Of a stretch of 59,711 nucleotides of DNA, positions 1 to 12,139 are shown piece after piece. Numbering within the stretch: the first letter of the stretch is position 1; each line of letters begins with the position of its first letter. The translations under genes and the position numbers were made by a program. The notes under the pieces are model-generated. The model worked only from the letters and a program-made list of their open reading frames with translations. It did no database searches and was not told where the DNA came from. The stretch comes from Vicugna vicugna (taxonomy: Eukaryota): NCBI GenBank assembly GCA_013265495.1, contig MU057477.1, positions 124,001 to 183,711 of the forward strand, given 5' to 3'.

Positions 1-135
1 GTTTCCCCATCAATGAAGTGGGGATAATAAGAATATCTGCCTCAGAGAGTTCTGAGCATTGAGTGAAATCAGTGTGTACAGTTCTTAGTATAGTGTCTGG
101 CATATGGGAAGGACTCTAAACGTCAGCGATTATTA
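1..135 (+). mobile_element. MIR SINE fragment
   Basis: Degenerate MIR core (gtttccccatc...gggataataa...atagtgtctggcatatggg), recognised by eye. Confidence 0.65.
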
Positions 136-959
136 CGTTGTATTTTAAAAACTATGTTATTGCATCATATGGCAAGTCCATGGCAGATATGACCAGAATT
201 CAGAGCTAAAACTCCAACTGTATCTAGTAGCGTCCCACTTCCTCGAGGTGAGCCTGTCTCGTTCTTTGACATCCTTCATTATAAGAATGCAGCCTCTCTA
301 GTGAGATTTCAAAGGAAGATTTCTAAGAACTTCTTCAGACTCTGAGTTCCTTGCATAATGCCCTGCCTAATCACAAAGAAGTCGGGTTATTACAATTCCA
401 TCCATGCCCCATGCTCCTCTTTGCATTTCTTTCCCTTTTCCTGGGTGTAAGCCTGGTCTTGGCAAGAGGTTAACCCGGCAGAGATTGTCTGGCTCACTTA
501 CACGTGCTCTTACCTACAACCCCACTAAGCCCAGGGCTCCCAGACGGTCCAAGCCTCCAAGCATCCAAATTCACCCACTTCTCTTTAGAAGTCCCTCTTC
601 CTTGACTCTCTCCCCACCCACTGGCTGCTTCCTGCTTGCACTTGCCTCTCCAGCCGAGATCCCATGGCCCAACCCTTTAATCACTCTCCTACCCACACTC
701 TAAACTCCTCACCCTGTCGTCCTTCCCATGCACCCGCCGGGCACACCCCGGCTCTGTGTGGACCCTGCCAGCCACCCGCCCACTGCTCCCAGGCCGACTG
801 GGGCCACTGTGGGTGGATCATGCCTGCACCCTCAGCGGGGCCAGTGAGGGGCCCTGGCGCTGGTGCTCCCGTCCTCAGCTCTTTCAGCCCCTCTCTCCTT
901 GGGCCTCCCCTGCCCCTGGCTCATTCTCAGAGCTGACTGGCTCCCATCACTCAGAGCAG

Positions 960-2490
960 CTGGAAGCCATCAGGTGTGAGCTTCCTCACCCTCCACCAAA
1001 ATACCTGTGAGCCTGAGGCCTCCGTTGCATTTTCTTCCCTCCTTTCCTCTCACCAGGGAAGCAGTGTCAGTGCTCCAGTATCAGGTCAACCCTCCCCTCC
1101 ACTGCCGATCCCAGCCCCTCAGCTCTCTCAGGGACCTTCTGTTAATCATTATCCCCTCCTCTTCTCTGTCTCAGCTTTGAAATGTACTCAGTTATCTCAC
1201 CTGAAAGCAAAACAAAATCGCCCCTCATCCCCCTGTTCTCCTCAAAAAACACCCTCTTTTTTTCATCTTCCTTTTACAGCCCTGTTTCTTGAAAAAGTCA
1301 CCTGTACTTTGGGATTTAGTTCTTAACTCACATTTCACTTTTCAACCCCCTCCTAACTCACCCCCTTCCCCTGAAAATGCTGTCACTAAAACAGCCAGCA
1401 AACGGCTTCCAGGTCCCCAAATCTGGGGGACACTTTCCATCCGTATCTGCGTTGACCTTGATTCTGTGACAGCACACTCACCTTGTCCACCTCCTGCCTC
1501 CCTGGCTGTTCCTTCCTGTCTCCTAGCCAGCCAGCTGCACCGCCCTATCTCATCTCTTAAGTGCTGGACTTCTGCCTCTTATACTAGAACCTCTGCATTT
1601 CTTTATCTTCATACACTTGCTAAGTGATTTCTGTCCGGATGCTCATGACTCCAGACTGGCATCTCTCCCCTGCATCTGAGTGCTGAACAGTTGTCATCCC
1701 TCAGATGTCTCCCAGGCACCTCAAAAGCAGCACACCTGGAACTGGACTCATCATCTTACCCCCTAAACCATTCATCTCATTGTTAAAACCAAAAGCCCAG
1801 GAGGATTCCTCTTCTTCACCTCCTGTGAGTAGTAAGTCACTAGTCCTATGGATTTCATCTCTTCCAGAGAATCTCTGACTGTCTGAATCTGTCCATGTCT
1901 CCCCAGTTCCACTGACACCACTTGGTTTAAGCCTCCATTATCTTCCACCTGGACTCTGGCAACAGATTCCTAACCGGCTCCCTCGTCCCATCCACATCAT
2001 CCTCTCACTGCAGCCAGAGAGGGATTGCTGAAAATTCAGGTCAGCTGAGGCTGTTCTCTTGCTTAAAATTTACCAATCACCTCACCTGACACCTCACTCT
2101 TATGAAGATGAGAATCCACACAGCCCTCCATGGCCGGGCTGTTCCCCAGCAGTCACCATCCAGGGGCTGGAGACTGGGAAACCCTCCTCCCACCTTTACT
2201 AGTTGACATGAGCCCATCCCCCAGGTCTTCTCCTGGGTTCCTCCCTGGCCGGAAGCTGGCACACACCCTTCATTCCTCTTTCATGGCATTTGTCACTTCT
2301 GTCATAGCTTGTTCAGTGTCTTTCTCTCCAGGTCCCCACTCCAGCCCCTCCCCCAGATTGGAGAAGTTCATTTGGTGGCAAAAACCAACTTGTACTGCCA
2401 TTTATGAAGCTATTTATGATCTTTATTCAACCCACTTTTTTCCACCTGGCACAGGAGAGTTGCTTAATACATGTTTTTTAAAGTGAAAAT
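960..2490 (+). mobile_element. L2 LINE 3' region, highly diverged
   Basis: Pyrimidine-rich L2-like motifs (cacctggactctggcaacagattcctaacc, ctgcagccagagagggat, cctggcacaggagagttgcttaatacatgttt); boundaries approximate. Confidence 0.6.
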
Positions 2491-3705
2491 TAAACTACAA
2501 TGTGGCTAGTCTCAGCTAAGTATCAGCGGAAAAACAGTTATGTTAAACTAACCATTCAAGATATGCTTGCTTTTTCAAAAGAAGTTATTGTTCAAAAGGA
2601 AAAAAAATTCTAATTGAATTTAATGGAAGCAAGCCAAGGGGAGTAAAGGAATTGGGAGCGTTTGATGAAAGATCTTGGGAGCGGGAGGTCTCTCTTGTTG
2701 GTTCTCCAAGCTGTTGGGCTTCCTGCAGACCCTTCCACTCAGCATCTAAAGACTGGGTTTCCCGCAGCAGCGGGGAAGACCCTGGGAAGGGGCAGGACAG
2801 GGAGTGGTGCTCTGTGTGCAGGCCAGGGTGGTCGGGGCTCCCTGTGGGGCTGCGGCAGCCAGGCACGGCTGGACGGTAGGGCTGGGAGCAGAGCCCCAAG
2901 CAGCTCAGTGTCCCCGGACACCCCAGATCCCTGCGTGGCCGCCGTTTGTCTGGTCGATGGAATTTATGCTTCTGATCGGAACCTCGGTGCCTTTCCTTTT
3001 TTTTTGGTGTAAACGTTTATGACTGAATCGAGTTCTCTTTTCATTTTCCGTTTAGATGGACAGCTCTGACCAGCAAAGACTGTCTTTTTTGCCAAATGGC
3101 ATCATTGAACCCACTGTGACGTGTGAGCCACTGACTCACAATGAATTTCTCATTAGATCCTTTTGAAAGGGAATAATGGGTTTGATATTAGGACCTTAAA
3201 AAGGTAAATAATAATTTATAGCCAATATATAATGTTGCCCCAAATGATTATTTATGATCTTCATTTTTCCTACTTAGAGTGAATGTTCGTTCATATGTTT
3301 CTCTGCAGAAATGTTATGTGTGTGGTTATGGGATATTGCTGGGGGAGTGTTGATAACATGCAGAAAGCTAAATTGAGAAATTCTCGATTCTGAACTTACC
3401 TGCTCCAAGCGTGTCGGATAAGGGATGATGGACCCTGTATCTCAAGGCAAAATATATAGTTAGGGCAAAGTTGAGAATTAATTAATAGAGGGTAAAGTTC
3501 ATAATCACACAGGTTTTTTTTTTAAACTTAGGTTTTTTTACAAATAAAAATGGTATTTATTTAATGCAGTTTTCTTGATAATTTAAATTTGTTGGCCATC
3601 TTCTTGTTTCTCTGATTAGATGGTCTTGTTTTTCTTTTATAATGTAACTGGAACAAGAGCTTTTACCAAGAATAGGAGTGCTGCCATTCTGTCATTTTCT
3701 TCTTC

Positions 3706-3837
3706 TTTTTTTTTTAAATTTTTTTAATGGGAAGGGGGAATTAGGTTTATTTATTTTTGTAACAGAGGTACTAGAAATTGAACCCAGGACCTCATTCATG
3801 CTAGGCATGCGCTCTCCCACTGAGCTGTGCCCTCCCC
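3706..3837 (-). mobile_element. tRNA-derived SINE (camelid Vic-1 type)
   Basis: Reverse strand reads GGGGAGGGCACAGCTCAGTGGGAGAGCGCATGCCTAGCATGAATGAGGTCCTGGGTTCAATTTCTAGTACCTC followed by an A-rich tail; Pol III A/B boxes present. Confidence 0.85.
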
Positions 3838-4119
3838 TCTTCATTCTCTTCTTATTTGCAGGTGCTTAGGTATCATCTTTAATTCTTTGCCAGAATCTTT
3901 TTAAGCCATTTGTCCACCTAGTTAGTTTACCTAAAACAGAACATACGATTAAAAACATGAATATAAGCAGGCCTTTGGATGCTTCAATATGCCACAGTTT
4001 TCTGAAAGTGAATGAACCAGTAAAGCCTTCCACCTGGTGGGACACCTGCTTTTCCTTCGGGATTTTTTTAAGACCAGCGGACATACTGTATGTGACCATC
4101 TGACATAATCAAGCCAACA

Positions 4120-4360
4120 TTTATATAGTGATTACTTTGCGCCAAGAACTCTCCTAAGTGCTTTATGAATAGTAACCTATTTAATCCTCATTATAACCCT
4201 ATGAGTTAGGTTTATTATGTTGTCAGTTTTATAGGGGAAGAAATGGAGGCACAGAAAGGTTAAGTAACTTCTCCAGGTCAGTGGTTGGTAAGCGACTTCA
4301 CCACCGTTGGTGGTTAGACTGGCCTGAGCATTTTACTGTTTTCACTGTTCTGTGCTGCCT
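4120..4360 (-). mobile_element. MIR SINE
   Basis: tttaatcctcattataaccctatgag...gaggcacagaaaggttaagtaactt is the antisense MIR core. Confidence 0.75.
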
Positions 4361-6229
4361 CCCGTACATTCAACTGATAATCTATATATTAAACAATAGG
4401 AAGCTTTTAGATCGAAAAAACGTTCCAGTATTTTCCTCCTCATCTCACTGGTTCATCTTGTGCTGCCCACTCCTCTGGAAAGACACGTAACCCACTTGGA
4501 GCCCAGTGGCCCAGGCATGAGCATGACTGGTCTGATGTGAGTGAGCCTTGTGCTGGGCCTTGAAAATCTGGACTGGTGGTCCAGGTGCCTTTGCTCCCAC
4601 TGCTGCTTCTGGCTACTCACTCATGTCTATAGTATTTTCTTATAAGCATCTGTTTTTAGTTACTTTAGCCTCTTGAGCAAAATGTCTTGCAGATGTGACT
4701 ATTTCATAGTCTGTATTCCTTCAGATATTCTTGGGAGTGGAAACAAACCTCCCTTTTCCTATTCCAGACAAATCTGGCAAGTGGCCTGAAAGGCATTTAT
4801 CCTCACCAAACAGGTTTGTTATGTAGTGGGAGTACATGTATGGACATCTGACCAGGACAACACAAAACAAAACAGCCTTTCATTCATAAAGTTGGACTAT
4901 TTAGAATATGGGTCACCTTACGTTCATTTCTAGTTCATGAACTACAGCTATCAAGTGAGTTCCCATTCTGCCAAGTATGAACAGAGATCTTCAGGGAACA
5001 AATAGGATTACTTAAGGCATTTGTTAAGTTTTGCCTGATTAAATTTGTTCATTGCTTTATTTGAGTGATTTCCCTTGTTTCCTGTTTGTTTAATATGGTT
5101 TAGAAATGAAAGGACATAAAACATAGTTTAAGTGTTTATTTTTTGTTGTCGATGAGCCTACCACCCATGATTTTACTTTCAAAGGAAAAAGACACATTTC
5201 AAAATGAGATTTTTTTGACATTAAGATTGATGCTTTTATCAAAACTTTCATTTTTTTTTTCTGGCTCCCACAAATGGGAGCCAATAAGAAAAAGACCAAT
5301 GCTCTGTCTTTTTATTTTTATTCTTGGATAATAAAAACATTCTTGGATGCTAAAAATTTCAAATAAACAAAGGGGATACAGTGAACACAGATTCATGTTC
5401 CCCGTATGTTTTAGTTTGACAAATGACTTTATGTATTGAAATAAATTATATCTATATAATTTTTAAAAAGAGTTAAGAAAGAATAACAAAAGGACTCTTA
5501 GCTTTTGTAATTCTACCTTTTGTGGTGTTAAATATGAGCCCAAGAGAAGGATAAGCTATAAGTTGACTTAATTTTCCATTTAGATTTTACACTAGTAGAG
5601 TTCCCAGTAGACTTTTCAAAAATAAATCACAATACTTTTAACTCAGAGAGACTGACCATGAGCTTCCCAAAGCTTTTCATCCCTGGGAGCTTAGTGTCTG
5701 AATAGCTCTGAAGCTTGAGGACAAAGCTGGCTTGTTATTCTGCCATTTGAGGACCTGAGGGTGATCTGGGAGGCACAGAACCAATATTGTGTTCATTGGG
5801 ACCTCTGGATGGAACATAGTTACCACACCTCGGTTGATGTTGGTCCAGGATACTGGTTTGTAATGAGTGCTCCCACCCTTGTGAAAATCCCAGAGACTTT
5901 TAATTGCTATAAAGAACTCATATTCCATGACTCACTCCAAAGATTGCACCACTTGGCTCACCTGAGAATGTGTCAGCTCTGCATGTTTTTGTAGTGCTTT
6001 GTACACCCTTGACTCCATTATGAGTTTTTGTCCTTAATGATGAAGAGAGACTTTGGGGCAGAGGATATTTTGGTGCCTAGCATGGATGTGATCTGATGGG
6101 TGTTGGGGTTGGATGTGTGCTGACAGAGAAGGGACTTAGGATAATAATTTATAGGAGGTTCTTCATTTATCCTGTCTGGCAGTGATTACATACATGCTTG
6201 GAAGAGAAGTTTACATTTGTCAATCAGTA

Positions 6230-6671
6230 ATTATTGTTCTGGGAGTGTTTTGTATATATTTTGAAGCTCTGGTGTTAGGCACATTTCCCGTTTCGGGTCG
6301 TTAAGGCTCCTTGCTCAATTGACCATTTTATTATTATATAACATCCCTCCTTATACCTGGTAATGCTCCTTGTTCTGTAGTCTACTCTGATGTTAAAATA
6401 GCCACTCCGGTTTTCTTTTGGTTAATGTTCACAAGGGAAAACTTCGCTCATCCTTTTACTTTTAACCAATAGTGTATTTGCATTTAAAGTGAGTTTCTTT
6501 TGAACAGCATGTAGTTGGGTCATGCTTTTTTATCCAATCTCACAATCTCTGTCTTTTCATTGTTGTTTAGATTATTTATATTTAATGTAATCATTATATG
6601 GTTAGATTAAGATCTACCATCTTGGTAGTTTTGTATTTTTTCCTGTCTCTTCTTTCTTTTTTTTTTTTTTT

Positions 6672-6703
<32 letters not shown>

Positions 6704-9400
6704 TTATCATTTTTTATTGATTTATGATTCTTCTTTTTCTTCTTTTTTTCTGCCTTCTTTTAGATTAATTGAATATTTGTTATAATTTACTTTAACCACA
6801 CTATTGGTTATTGTTTATACCATAAAATGTTTTTAAGTGGTCATCCTAGCGTTTACAGTATACATCTTTAATTACTCTCAGTTTACCTTCAAATAATGTA
6901 TATTGCTTCACATGTAGTGTAAGGACCTATAACAGTACAATCCCAATTCTTTCCTTCCATTCTTTGTTATATATTTTACTTTATGGATGCTGTAAACACA
7001 GAATGAGCATTTAGAAATAAGAAAAAGTTAATTTTATCTTTTCCTCTATAAATGCTATTTCTAGCACACTTCATTTCTTTATACAGATGCAAATTTTTGT
7101 CTGGTATCATATTCCTTCTGCCTGAAGGATTTTCTTTTAGCATTTCTTATAATGAAGGTCTGTTGGCAGTTAGTTCTATTAATTTTCATTTGTCTGAAAA
7201 AGCCTTTATTTCTCCTTCATTTTTGAAAGATATTTTCACTGGATATGGAATTTGGGGTTAGTATTTTTCTCCCTTCAGTCCTCTAGAGATGTCACTCCAT
7301 TGTCTCTGGCTTGCATCATGAAAAGTGTGCTGTAATTCTCATCTTTATTCTGCTGTATTGGATGTATTTCCTGCCTTGTCCCCTCTCTCCCACCACAGCC
7401 TTCCAAGTCTTCTGTTTGTTTTTAGTTTTTTAGCAGTTTGAATATAGTGTGTCTAACTTTTTTGTTTGTTGGCTTTTTTGTGGGTATACTACTTCATGTT
7501 TTCTGAGCATCTTGGATGTAGTTTGGTGTTTTTCATTACTTTTGGAGAATTCTTGGACATTATTCTATTCTCTTTTCCTTCTAGGATTCTAGTTATATGG
7601 ATGAGAAACTACTTGATACTGTCCCACAGCTCTTGGGTATTCTGTCCTGTTTCATTCTTTTTTTTTTTTTTTCCTCTTTGTGTCTGAGTTTTGGTGATTT
7701 CTATTGACCTATATTCAGATTCACTGTTCCTTTCTTCAGCTGTGTCAAGTCTACTGATGAGCCTCTAGAAGGCATTCTTTTTTTTTTCTTTTTTTTTNNN
7801 NNNNNNNNNNNNNNNNNNNNNNNNNNNNNNNNNNNNNNNNNNNNNNNNNNNNNNNNNNNNNNNNNNNNNNNNNNNNNNNNNNNNNNNNNNNNNNNNNNNN
7901 NNNNNNNNNNNNNAGTTATTACTTTGAATATAGTTCCCTGTGCTATACAGAAGAAATTTTTTTTTGTCCATTTTTATATATAGTAGTTAATATTTGCAAA
8001 TCTCGTAGAAGACATTCTTCATCTCTGGTACCATGCTTTTCATTTCTAGCATTCCTTTGAACTCTTTAGTTTACAACTCTCTGATGAAATTTTTCATCTG
8101 TTCATTCATCTTGTACACCTTTTCCACTAAAATCTTTAACATATTAATCATAGTTAATGTCTCTCTTCTCTGGGAGTTCCAGTATCTGAGCTACTCCGCT
8201 CTGGTTATCTTAATTCCTTGGATATTTTATTGTATTTTCTCCTTTATGTGTCTCCTAATTTGGGGTTGAAAGTTGGACATTTTATTTAGAAGTGTAGACA
8301 CTGATAAATAGTATTTACGCCTGGAAATGGGCATACCCTATTTTTGCTGGGCCTTTAGTGTGGGGATTGGGTCAACAGAGTAAGGAATTGAGCTATGTTT
8401 GAGTTTTTACTTTGCTATGGCTACCTTCAGTGCATGACTGAGTTCAGCATTTTCTAACGTTACTGTATGTTTAGGGTAGGAGTTGGGTGGGAGGGTAGTA
8501 GGTTGCCAGAGGGATTTCCTCCACGCTTCAGTAGCACCCTCAACTTCGGCCTTGAGCCTGCACAGCAGAGAGGCTTTCCTGTCACTCTCGCCTCTCTCCC
8601 AGTCACAGACTCTTGTTATTTGATTCTTGGTAACTGCTAGCCTGGTGTAGAGTGGGTGTTGGATGATGGGGGTAGGAGAGCGCCTTCTTGTTCTGGTTCA
8701 GCCTTAGTCTTAGGCAAGCGCTGTGCCCGAGTCTCAGGGATGGGGCCTTTGTGACAACCCTGCCCCTCACCAGTGGTAGAAGCTCGCTAATAGTCTGGAC
8801 CCAGGAGTGACGGATTTTCTTCTTTTTTCCATTTCCTGATAGCACTGGGTCTCAGCTGGTGCTCTTAGAGTGACAAGGTTTCCTGCCTTGTTCCCAGTGG
8901 CTGGGGCTTTTGTTGATGGAGCAGATGGGGTGGAGGATCTGGGTGAGGTTTGTGTCTCAACAGTGCTGCTCCTTCCCACCTTGGGCCCCACCACGAGGGA
9001 GCTGCCTCTGGTCTTGTGTCTGCCCTCTGTCCTCCTTGTGAACATCTGGTGAGATCCGTGGAGAAGCGTCTCCAAGTGGGTGCAGGTTCCCCCGTGGTAG
9101 CGTGGCTCCCGGCGTTCTGTGTTCTCGCGCCAGCCCACACGAGGCTTCTGGCAGCTCATCCATTTTTGGATGACTTCTTCAACCAGCTTGGATGAGGGCT
9201 GCCATCTGCCCCAGGAATCAGCGTTTGCATCCTGCCTCTCCTTGGAGGAGCCTGGCTTTCCTTATATTTCAGGCTACTTGGTTGTCCTGTGACCTTAGCG
9301 CTCTGATGGGTTCCAGAAAGGTTGATGTTTTGTAGCTTGTTCAGCTTTGCTCTGTTGTAAGGGTAGCAGCTCTATTCCAGCTTTCCGCATCTTTGGGAAT
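6230..9400 (-). mobile_element. Old L1 (L1M-type) fragments, antisense, in THSD1 intron
   Basis: T-rich antisense L1 hallmarks (gtagttgggtcatgcttttttatccaatctcacaatctctgtctttt; tttatttctccttcatttttgaaagatattttcactggatat); boundaries approximate. Confidence 0.75.
7780..8005 (-). mobile_element. Short younger L1 3'-end insertion containing an assembly gap (N 7798-7913)
   Basis: Poly-T followed by L1 3'UTR sequence (gttccctgtgctatacag); TSD tagaaggcattctt 7766-7779 / tagaagacattctt 8006-8019. Confidence 0.7.
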
Positions 9401-9518
9401 GTTCTTTTTGATTGCCCTTTCAAGGCCCGAGCTTTGAGTTTTGCTGCTTCATTTGGGTGCAGTTAAATTCTGGTTCTCAAATGAACTAGCACTAAAAGCA
9501 CGGCCATTGTCCTTGCAG

Positions 9519-9677
9519 AAACTTGGGGACTGTGGCAGCCATGGAGCCAGTGTAGCGCCACGTGCGGGGACGGTGTCAGAGAGCGTCGCCGCCTGTGCCT
9601 CACCTCCTTCCCCTCCCGACCCGGCTGCCCTGGAATGTCCTCGGAGACCTCCCCGTGTTCCCTGGAGGAGTGCGCTG
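9519..9677 (+). CDS. THSD1: THSD1 penultimate coding exon, thrombospondin type-1 repeat (159 nt, phase 1-1)
   Basis: ccttgcag| acceptor and |gtaggt donor; translates (E)TWGLWQPWSQCSATCGDGVRERRRLCLTSFPSRPGCPGMSSETSPCSLEECA with the WxxWxxWSxCSxTCG TSR motif; in frame with the exon at 14058. Confidence 0.96.
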
Positions 9678-9713
9678 GTAGGTATCCTTTCTCCTTCGGG
9701 AGTCTGTTCCTGG

Positions 9714-9830
9714 AGGGGACTTGCTCAGCAGTAGAGCACGTGCTTAGCATCATGGTTCAGTCCCCAGTACCTCCACTGAAAAAAAAAAGTTAAATAAACA
9801 TAATTACTCCCCCCCCAAAATAAATAAAAC
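9714..9830 (+). mobile_element. Vic-1-type SINE, internally deleted, about 36 nt downstream of the TSP1 exon donor
   Basis: ggggacttgctcagcagtagagcacgtgcttagcatcatggttcagtccccagtacctccac followed by an A-rich tail. Confidence 0.8.
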
Positions 9831-9875
9831 ATACCAAAATGGAAGGGATGATCATTTCTTCCCAAGATTTTTTTT

Positions 9876-10026
9876 CCTACTGTATAGCACAGGGAACCAT
9901 AATCAATATCTTACAATAACCTATAATGAAAAAGAATATGAAAAGGAATATATATATGTATATGTGTATAACCGAAACACGATGATGTACACCAGAAACT
10001 ACCACAACATCGCAAACTGACTACAC
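9876..10026 (+). mobile_element. L1 3'UTR fragment between 19-bp direct repeats
   Basis: ctactgtatagcacagggaac...caaactgactacacttc; flanking repeats at 9856-9874 and 10027-10045 with 1 mismatch. Confidence 0.75.
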
Positions 10027-12139
10027 TTCTTCCGAAGATTTTTTTGTTATTTCTCCCTCCTTTACTTCTCTCCACCAACATTGTGGAAAAACATCAAAAA
10101 ATTCTTTTTTTCCTCTTTATCTCAGAGAAGCCCAGGGCACCACATAGACCATTACTTGTCAAAAGGGAGCAAGACACCCTGTCATATCCCCTGAGGGATC
10201 CTGTTCTTTACCAGCCCTGCCCAGGAGGAGAAGGCGGGATTTCTTCTTGCTCACCTGGAGCCTGGCCCGTCCTTCGTCCTCTACGCATCCTGAAGGCCCA
10301 CACGAGTAGGCACTCACTGCGTATTTGATGTGAATGGTCTTTGGTGTGATGCTCATGTGGCTCAGTTAGGCTTGTTTCAGCCTGTGGAGCTGAACCCCAT
10401 TCGTTTGCCACACGTTACAGGAAGAAAGAACCTTTGCTCTTCCCTCACACTGTCCCACCTCTGATTCACTGCCAGCTCCCTCTTTAGTTGGCCGGCCTTT
10501 GCTCTGGTCCTAACCCTTAGGTGAAGTCCTTCTGGCCAGTCCTGACTTCTTCCATTCTCCAGTTCCAGGTTGGAAGCCATCCCTTGTTCCTTGTCCCTTT
10601 GGGAGCTGGAGGAGTCAGGTGTTCTGTGTTTGGTCTCAGAGCACCTTGTAGCCAAAACCACCAGCACCTGGCAACGCCCTGACCAGTGTCCCCACCTGTG
10701 ACCTTAGAAGATCCTTGCTGTCTCTCTCCTCTTTCCAGCCAGTGCTGTAGGCCTTGTTCCCTTTATTCCAGCATCCCGAGGACGTCCTCTCTTCTGTGAT
10801 TTTCCCAGAAACCCGTAGACCCAGTCTCTGCTTCTAGCCCTCAGCCTGACCGTCTTCTTGCATCAGCCCTGGGCGCCACCCTGAATCTCTTCTTTCTCCA
10901 GTTTTATCTCATGCTGTCTTCTAAGGCGCTCTTCCCTGGCCACTCTTGTCAGATTCCCTTCACTTTCCACAGCTCCTTCATTGTATGACTCCTTCCTCTC
11001 CATTCTGTGCTGGCATGTTGTGTTAAGCTATTCCACCGAGAGTTCCATAACACTCAAATGGATTTGAAATCAATTGCCCCTGGCTTCTGCTGCACCTTTC
11101 AAAGGGACAACCATTTATTGACCATGTATGTTGCCAGCACTTTAAATACATTACCTCACTCAAAGTGCCCAAAGGCCCTACAAGGTTAAGGATGATTGTG
11201 CTGCACTGGGATCTTAAGAGCTTGCTGCCTGCGGGCATTTTTCTAAGTGCCTTGCACATGTGAAGTCAGCACATCATTATCTCTACATCCAGGTGAGGAC
11301 TCTACAGTAGAGAGAGGGCAAGTCACCTGCCCGAGACCATAAAGCTAGAAAGCAGGGGACTAGATCTGACCTCATACTAAGCTGCTTGTCTTGAGTACTT
11401 TGCCTCTATCCACAGGCCAGTCTAACATTCTAGAAGCATCAACAACCTGGCATGAGGAATCATTTTTAAGGATATGTGGTATTATCTTCTGGCATCTTAA
11501 CTCTTTAATCCCAGGTGGGAACTAGAAATTTGTACATTATACATCAGCAGGAAGGGTACATGCTATGGGCATCCCCACTTCTACTATCAGTGGTCCTCAG
11601 ACAAATGCTTGTGTGGATGAAAATGATTATTTCTTCCAAGTGTCCTCTTATTTCCTGTTCGGCCTATTTTCCACTCCTTGGAAATGTAAAGATCTGTCTG
11701 CAGGCTGCTTAGCGTCAGGAAATCTCCTTCACTTCAGGTGAAAGAGGAGAGATTAGATGAGGCAGAGATGGGTGAGGTCAGCAGCTTTGGGGCTTTTCTC
11801 CAGCCTTGGTTTTGAAGGGACCCAGCCAGAGTCGAAGCTGCTGGCTGAGAGGTCCATGACGGGCATTTGCAAGGCTGCTGCCCACTGACACAGCAGCCAC
11901 TGCAGGTGAAGACGTGCTGGGTCAGGAAACAAGTCTTTCATCATTCAACTGTCTTCACTGGGTTGAGAGTCTTGAGTTTTGTTTGGCTTTGAAACCATGT
12001 TTTATAAAGGTCTGGGTGAAGTTCTTCGTTCATTCAGTCCATCTTGTTCAACATGAGTGGGAGGATCCAGTTGCCCAACCACATTCTATCTGATGGGAGG
12101 TTGATCATTTTGCTATTACCTTTTTAATAATGAATCAAA

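Noticed and set aside
5640..6180. Non-repetitive-looking segment with overlapping 77-83 aa ORFs (possible processed pseudogene)
   Set aside because: No recognisable protein in the frames I read and no poly-A or TSD; a BLAST search would be needed
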